64,000 bases of DNA from the human T2T-CHM13v2.0 reference genome, Homo sapiens: NCBI RefSeq assembly GCF_009914755.1, contig NC_060944.1; one strand, given 5' to 3'. The notes under the pieces are model-generated. The model worked only from the letters and a program-made list of their open reading frames with translations, did not search any database and was not told where the DNA came from. Below, one piece after another: positions 59,501 to 64,000 of the stretch. Within the stretch, counting starts at the first letter, position 1; every line of letters starts with the position of its first letter. Made by a program: the position numbers and the translations under genes.

Positions 59501-60007
59501 TTTTCGTTATTTATCTCATTACTAACAACACGCATGCTACGGCAACATGGCAAAAAAAAATTTTTTTTTAATTCTACAAAATTGCCTCAGTATTCCCAAG
59601 GTCATTGGTCCCTTGGAGATTAAGGTTCAGAATCCTGTATAAAGAAATGAGAACAGTTTGTTACCCACACATGCTACAGTATAGAAATGTTCACAGTAGG
59701 TTAAAATACAACTTTATTATATCAAGAATTATGTCATCACCATAGTAATTATTTTCCCGTGGTCTCTTTAATATTACTAAGATATCTCAGTTTTCCTATT
59801 TTCTAGCGCCAAGAATCTCGTTTACAAATTACTCCTTCCTTTGTCTTTTTTTCCCCTTAGTGTCCCTAAAGGAAGTGGTTGGGTTTGGTCTGAGTCTTGT
59901 GTAGCTGTAGAGAAATTGGAATCAGGAGAAGATGTAGTAGGAATTCTGATACTGCTTTTACCTTCTCCAAGGTCAGCCATTTACCTCTTTAGTATTTCAG
60001 CTGAATA

Positions 60008-62653
60008 TTGGCATCCCTTGGAGATATTAAGGGTTTGGTTCCAAACCACTCCAGTAAAGCAAGTCATACAAATCTTTTGGTTTCCCAGTGCATATTAAAG
60101 TTCTGTTTATACTATACTGCAGCCTAATAAGTGTGCAATAGTATTGTATCTGAACAATGCACATACTTTAATTAAAAATGCTTTGTTGTTAAAAGCTGCT
60201 AACCATCATCTGAGCCTTCAGCAAGTTATCTTTTTGCTGGTGGATGGAGGGTCTTGCCTCCTTTTGCTGGCTGCTGACTGATTAGGGTGGTGTTTGCTGA
60301 AGGTTGGGGTGGCTGTGGCAATTTCTTAAGACAACGATGAAGTCTGCTCCATCTGTTGGCTCTTCCTTTCATGAAAGATTTCTCTGTAGCAAGCTGTGCT
60401 GTTTCATAGCGTTTTACCCACAGTAGAACTTTTTTCAGAATTAGAGTCAGTTCTCTTAAACTGTGCTGCCAATTTATCATCTAAGTTCATGTAATATTCT
60501 AAATCCTTTGTTGTCATTTCAACAATGTCCACAGCATCTTCACTAGGAGTAGAGTTTATCTCTAGAAGCCACTTTCTTTGCTTATCCTTAGGAAACATTC
60601 CATTCAAGTCTGATCATGAGATTGCAGCAATTCAGTCACATCTTCAGGCTCTGCTTCGAATTCTAGTTATCTTACTGTTTCCACCACATCTGCAGTTAGT
60701 TCTTTCACTGAAATCTTGAACCCCTCAAAGACATCCACGAGGATTGGAATCAACTTCTTCTAAACTCCTGTTAATGTTAATATATTGTCCTCCTCCCATG
60801 AATTATGAATGTTCTTGATGGCATCTAGAATGATAAATCTTTTCCAGAAAGTTTTCAATTTATTTTGCCCAGATCCATCAGAAGAATCACTATCCATGGC
60901 AGCTATAGACTTATGAATGCATTTCTTAAATATTAAAGAATAATACTTGAAAGTTGAAATTACTCTTTGATCCATGGGCTGCAGAATGGATGCTGTGTGT
61001 GCAGGCATATAATTAACATTCATCTCCTTGTACATCTCCATCAGACCTCTTGGGTGACCAGATGCATTGGCAATGAACAGTAATATTTTGGAAGAAATTT
61101 TTTTTTTTCTGAGCAGTAGGTCTTAACAGTGGGCTTAAAATATTCAGTAAACAATGCTGTAAACAGATATGCTGTCATCCAGGCTTTGTTATTCCATTTC
61201 TAGAACACAGGCAGGGTAGATTTAGCATAATTCCCAAGGGCCCTAGGATTTCAAAATGCTAAATGAGCATTGGCTTCAATTTAAAAGTCATTAGTCCCTA
61301 AGAAGAGCATCAGCCTGTCCTTTGAAGCTTTGAGGCCAGGCATTGACTTCTCTCTAGCTGTGAAAATCCTAGATGGCCTCTTCTTCCAACAGAAGGCTGT
61401 TTTGTCAACATTGAAAATCTGTTGTTTAGTGTAGCCACCTTCATCAATGATCTTAGCTAATTCTTCTGACTAACTTGCTGCAGCTTCTACATCAGCACTT
61501 CTGGGTTCACCTTGCGCTTTCATGTTATGGAAGTGGCTTCTTTCCTTAAGCCTTATGAATAAGCCTCTGCTAGCTTCAAACTTTGTGTGCAGCTTCCTCA
61601 CCTCTCTTAGCCTTCATAGAACTGAAGAGAGTTAGGGCCTTGCTCTGGATTAGGCTTGGCTCAAGAGAATGTTGTGACTGGTTTGATCTTCTGTCCAGAG
61701 CACTAAGACTTTCTCCATATAAGCAGTAAGGCTCTTTAGCTCTTTTACTATTCATATGTTTACTGGAGTAGCACTTTTAATATCCTTCAAGAGCTTTTCC
61801 TGTGCATTCACGCTTTTCTGTCTGGTATAACAGGCCTCGCTTTCGGCCCATTGCCGCTTTCAACATCCTTTCCTCACTAAAGCTTAATCATGTATAGCTT
61901 TTGATTTAAAGTGAGAGATGTGAGACTCTTTCTTTCACTTGAACACTTAGGGCCATTGTAGGGTTATTAATTACTTAATTGCAGTATTGTTGTGTCTCAG
62001 AGAATAGGGAGACCTGAGGAGAGAGAGAGAGAGAGAGAGAAAGAGGAAAGGCTGGTTGAGGCACTCAGAACACACACATTTATTCATTAAGTTCGCTGTC
62101 TCACGTGGGCGTGTTTGTAGTGCCTGAAAACAAAGTAGTAATATTAAAGATCACTCATCACGGATTACCATAGCAGATATGATAATAATGAAAAAGTTTG
62201 AAACATTGCAGTAATTGTCAAAATGTGACACAGACATGAAGTGAACACATGATTTTGGAAAAATGGCAGCGATAGACTTTCTTTTTTTTTTTTTTGGAGG
62301 TAGAGTCTGGCTCTATTGCCCAGGCTGGAGTACAGCAGCAGGATCATGGTTCCCTGCAGCCTTGACCTCATGGGCTCGAGCAATCCCAGATTAGCTGGGA
62401 CTACAGGTGTGTGCCACCATGCCCAGCTAATTTTTGTATTTTTTGTAGAGATGGGGTTTTGGCATGTTGCCCAGTCTGGTCTGAAACTCTTGGGCTCAAG
62501 TGATCTGCCCACCTCAGCCTCCCAAAGTGTTGGGATTACAGGTGTGAGCCACCGCGCCCAGCTGATAGACTTTCTTGATGCGGGGTTTCTATAAATCTTC
62601 AATTTGTAAAAAGCACAGTATCTGCAAAGGGGGAAAAAAATGAGGTATGCTTG
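60008..62653 (-). mobile_element. Near full-length Tigger1 (pogo/TcMar) DNA transposon, decayed transposase
   Basis: Both TIR-like ends (ttggcatcccttgg... / ...tgaggtatgcttg) flanked by TA; ORF remnants such as 60760-61041 ([24 protein letters not shown]_1 motif) broken by stops and frameshifts. Confidence 0.9.
62284..62563 (-). mobile_element. AluJ-like element inserted in Tigger1
   Basis: TSD GATAGACTTTCTT at 62271-62283 and 62564-62576. Confidence 0.9.
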
Positions 62654-62948
62654 TAGTTCAGAACTAGTTTCTTTTCCATAGAATTCCAGCAGTGACTGAT
62701 CTGAAAATGTTTTAGCCTAAACTTTAGAATTCCAGCTCCATTGTGGGTTGGTAAATGGAAATTAGCTTTTCTTCATCCTGGAGTTCAGTGAAGGATCTAG
62801 TGAGACTACTGCAGTGCCTTTCTATCTTTTAACTCACTTTGGATTATCAGCTGCTTGTAAGCAGATTATGTGCACTGGCTCTTTGTACTTCCTTTCAACA
62901 GCTACCCAGCAATATCTAGAGTCACTGAACTAAGAAGGAGTTGAAACT

Positions 62949-63272
<324 letters not shown>

Positions 63273-64000
63273 TCATGATGCTTCTCTCTGAATATATCTG
63301 ACTTTATTCCAAAAGCAGGCATGATTGATTCTTGAACAGTTTTGCTGGCATTATTTTTAGTGCAGATTCTAGCTTCATGTTTGGCATTATTCATGTGCTC
63401 ATTCTGTTAATACATAAAATTGAGGGTTGATGACATTTCTTTATTTGAATCCCCTATTTCCAGTTAAGAGCATCTCAGTTTAAATTTTCTTTTGGGATCC
63501 TTGATAGAGTTAAACATTAGCAGCACACCAGTCCTCTGCTGGTATATAATGTTGGAATGCGATTTTCTTTGCAGCTTTGTATAAAAAGAAACAAATTGTA
63601 GCTACAGTTTGTCATGTTATCTTTTAGCAGACGCTCTCAACATCAATGCTTCCATAATAGGATTAATGATGGGGGAAACTTTTGAGCATCTCAAGCTTGC
63701 ATAGTTATTCACAGAGAAGCTGAAACACGTAATGGGGGCTCTGGCCAGGAGTACCTCTATTGGGCAAGGGAAGGTAGAGATGCCGAAGGACTAACAGAAT
63801 AGTGAAACTCGGCAATAAAGGAGGACACGAAAAAGACATTGCGATTGATTGAGGGTTGTAGCTGAAAGAAACCCATAATGAGATTCCTTTTTTAAAAAAG
63901 GTGGCACAGATTGTATTGAATTGTACTAACTTCTTGTTTCTCTGGTGTCTTTGGAAAATGTGATGCCCTTCAGAAACAGACTTTCCAGGTAACTGAAGCT

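Noticed and set aside
63781-63824. Small stem-loop TGCCGA...ACTA-acagaa-TAGT...TCGGCA followed by AATAAA and an SD-like AAAGGAGG
   Set aside because: Stems are only 6 and 4 bp, there is no complete riboswitch or hammerhead core and no downstream ORF; consistent with chance.

Overview
Primate (human-like) genomic DNA dense in Alu, L1, MIR/L2, MaLR/ERV LTR and DNA-transposon relics. The only protein-coding sequence I can support is a 30-nt first coding exon at 48214-48243 (+): ATG GAC GTG GGC GAA CTT CTG AGC TAC CAG|gtatga = MDVGELLSYQ. I recognise this as the N-terminus of CTNNBL1 (human 20q11.23). It lies in a CpG-island promoter, and the rest of the window (48244-64000) is intron 1. The first ~48 kb is intergenic and holds a full MaLR provirus nested in an Alu, a heavily nested L1, a MER41 solo LTR, a probable conserved enhancer (~24.1-24.7 kb) and candidate lncRNA exons (~31-37 kb). 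Almost all ORF-track entries are Alu/LTR/L1/Tigger translation noise. The standout anomaly is a perfect 5 x 40-bp CpG-rich tandem array at 55865-56064 in intron 1. It shows no decay, partial units or target-site duplication, so it looks like a very recent or non-native (engineered/in-silico) insert rather than an ordinary human minisatellite. Repeat family names come from recalled consensus sequences, and most repeat boundaries are approximate.
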